From Nemertoderma westbladi (Eukaryota; Animalia; Xenacoelomorpha), in contig JAUCBJ010007936.1 in NCBI GenBank assembly GCA_032718475.1, positions 62,001-126,000 of the forward strand: a stretch of DNA of 64,000 nucleotides. The letters run 5' to 3'. The notes under the pieces were generated by a model. That model made no database searches. It was given only the letters and a program-made list of their open reading frames with translations, and was not told where the DNA came from. This document shows, piece by piece, positions 61,932 through 64,000 of the stretch; position 1 is the stretch's first letter; each line of letters begins with the position of its first letter. Position numbers and translations under genes: made by a program.

Positions 61932-64000
61932 TTATATCCTTTTAGAGTTATGGTTTTTAAAAACAACTGGAAAGACTGGGTGCCATAGAAGACTGGGTGC
62001 CATAGTCTGGATGCGAGTCAGGTACTTTGAAGTGTTGCCAAGTGGTTTGAAAATCTGAATGGACTGACTCTGAAGCTTGCTCACTCCATGGTGCCAACCC
62101 TTTACCTCTTGACTCCACAAATTCCTCGATATGAAAAAAACAGTGTGTACCTTTGGGGTCAAACTAATTCCAAGATCAATATAGCTATTCTTGAATTGAG
62201 CTATTTTATCCTTGTAGCCAACTTCTAGTTCGTGTCCAAAGCAAGATGAAACCACACTATCAAAGGCACGAAATGCTGCTACATATTTGAAACAATGAAG
62301 AGGGACCAAGGATGACAACAGATCAATGGAACGGAGAAGCTTTCGAGAAGAATTTCCATTAAACTGTCCCCCATGATACGCCTCCCGTTCAACATTACAT
62401 GTTGAAGCCCATGTTAAAGCCTCTGGCCACTCTTTGGCCATGCTATTAAACATTGCATTGACAGTCCCAAGCAGCAAGTGCAGCTCTGGCGGAGGTATGG
62501 CGTAGATATATAGAGAGATAATGGAATATGTACAACATTGCCGAATTTATTTGCTTCTGAGCTCTTTACCCCAGCAGTAAACCAACTCCAGAATTTATCT
62601 TCTATATTTTGAAGCGTCCTTAGCTGGCATGATCCTTGTGAAAGCTGAGATTTATGTACATCGCACCAGCTGCAAGGATGATTTGATCCATGAGCCATTA
62701 GCCCTAACAGTAGATTTGCCAGTTTCAAGTCGGTTGCAATTATTTGATTATCCAGAGGGGAGTCCACAAGTTTGAGCTGCATCCAAATCTTAAGAAGGTT
62801 GGCATAGCTCTCTTCAACATCTGGAGCAATAAATACGATAAACAGTTTCTTTACCCCTGACAGTTTAAACTTTTTAGCTGTAGTCATTCCATCTGCTACA
62901 TAACTTAGTCATAACTACATTTCTTAGACGATGGTAAATGTGTACTACTATCATCATCAATGCTGAAAAGGTTCAAGCAAACTTTTATAAATCCACCGCC
63001 TCCATCAATGCCTACTTTTGATACTATATCTGACTCAGATTGGGTTCATAGCTCCTGCACAGTTGATATTAGTTTACGAATATCAGTACAAAAAACTACT
63101 GACTTTGAAGTTACATCCGGTAGCTCCTCTGATGGACTCTTCTTAGTAAAATATAACTGAGTTAGAGAGAAGTGTTCATCCAAGCGGTGATTTCGTTCTT
63201 GAAGCTTTTCCTGTAGGTGAGATTCTATAATATTACGATCTTTTAAGGCACTTCGTAGATGAGAAGCAACTCCCAACATCTTCCTTGTGCTAAACCCATT
63301 GGCTACTTGAATATTTGAGAAAAGTTCAGCTGAAAGGTTCTTTCCAACTTCAGAAGGATTATGAGTTTTACCTACCGTAAGTTTAAAAGGACACCCAGTG
63401 CTAGTTGAAAGAGAAACAACATTTCTTGATGTAGAACACGAAATGTCGGCTTCTGAGTTTCTGATTGACACTTATTCTCTAATTATTTTTGCAGCTATCT
63501 TTTGCTTTGCCGAGGGGGTTCCCTGCTCAGCCAGTTGAACAATGTTTTTGTTGCAGGTGGATTTTGTGCACAAATGATCCTTTCCAATCCCTATAACTGT
63601 CAGACACTTTCTGCAGAGCATTATAGGTTGTGGTCGTTGTTCCCATCCTGGTTTTGCACCACATGATGATGGTCGACCACGTCGTTTCTTGGTAGAAGTT
63701 ATCACTCTAGGTGCTGCAGATACTGCAGTAATCTCGCAAACAAGGCAATTACAGCCAGAAGGTTGCAACTTCGATCGAGTGTGATAAATATCGGCAATTT
63801 TAGAATGATCAAAACTGATAGCGATCTCTCAAACTTACCATGCCCATATTCATGTACAACTTGCCGGCAAGTAGCACAAACTGCAATAGGTAGCCTTTTA
63901 TCATCCGGATCATAATTAGTCAAAACAAATTCTGATATTAGTTCCAGTAAGTTACTTCCAACCGGTCTCATATCCTTACTCTTTCCCATGCAAATAAGAC
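61932..64000 (-). pseudogene. Chapaev/Transib(RAG1)-related DDE transposase, frameshifted
   Basis: N-terminal Cys clusters (LPIAVCATC, CNCLVC, CRKC..HLC), KVGIDGGGG, TDLKLANLLLGL..HPCSWC, PPELHLLLG, YHGGQFNGN, LTPKVH and WSEQASESVH. Confidence 0.8.

Larger units (their letters stand above)
56666..64000 (-). mobile_element. Chapaev/Transib-like DNA transposon, running off the window
   Basis: Transposase at 61932-64000. A candidate terminus CACAGTG at 56666 cannot be confirmed because the partner TIR is outside the window. Confidence 0.5.

Overview
This window is repeat-saturated, heterochromatin-like DNA from a eukaryote (probably an invertebrate), and I can support no host gene in it. From left to right it holds a ~6 kb satellite of 123-bp hairpin units and TTAA-flanked piggyBac-type MITEs. 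Next is a ~22 kb nested minus-strand BEL/Pao-like LTR element (8526-30418). It keeps gag and protease, has no recognisable RT, RNase H or integrase, and instead carries an ~849-codon accessory ORF (WRN/EXD-like 3'-5' exonuclease plus three CCHC knuckles) right before the polypurine tract. A stem-loop minisatellite lies upstream of that ORF, and the element lacks a tRNA-type primer-binding site. The rest of the window contains an RTE-like LINE, a Helentron/DINE-type element with a tRNA-Ser-like pseudogene, a pogo-like transposase split by an esterase-ORF1 LINE, two Penelope-like elements, and a Chapaev/Transib-like transposon with a nested MITE and a 2.1 kb tandem duplication. All family calls are from motif recognition by eye; no database searches were run.
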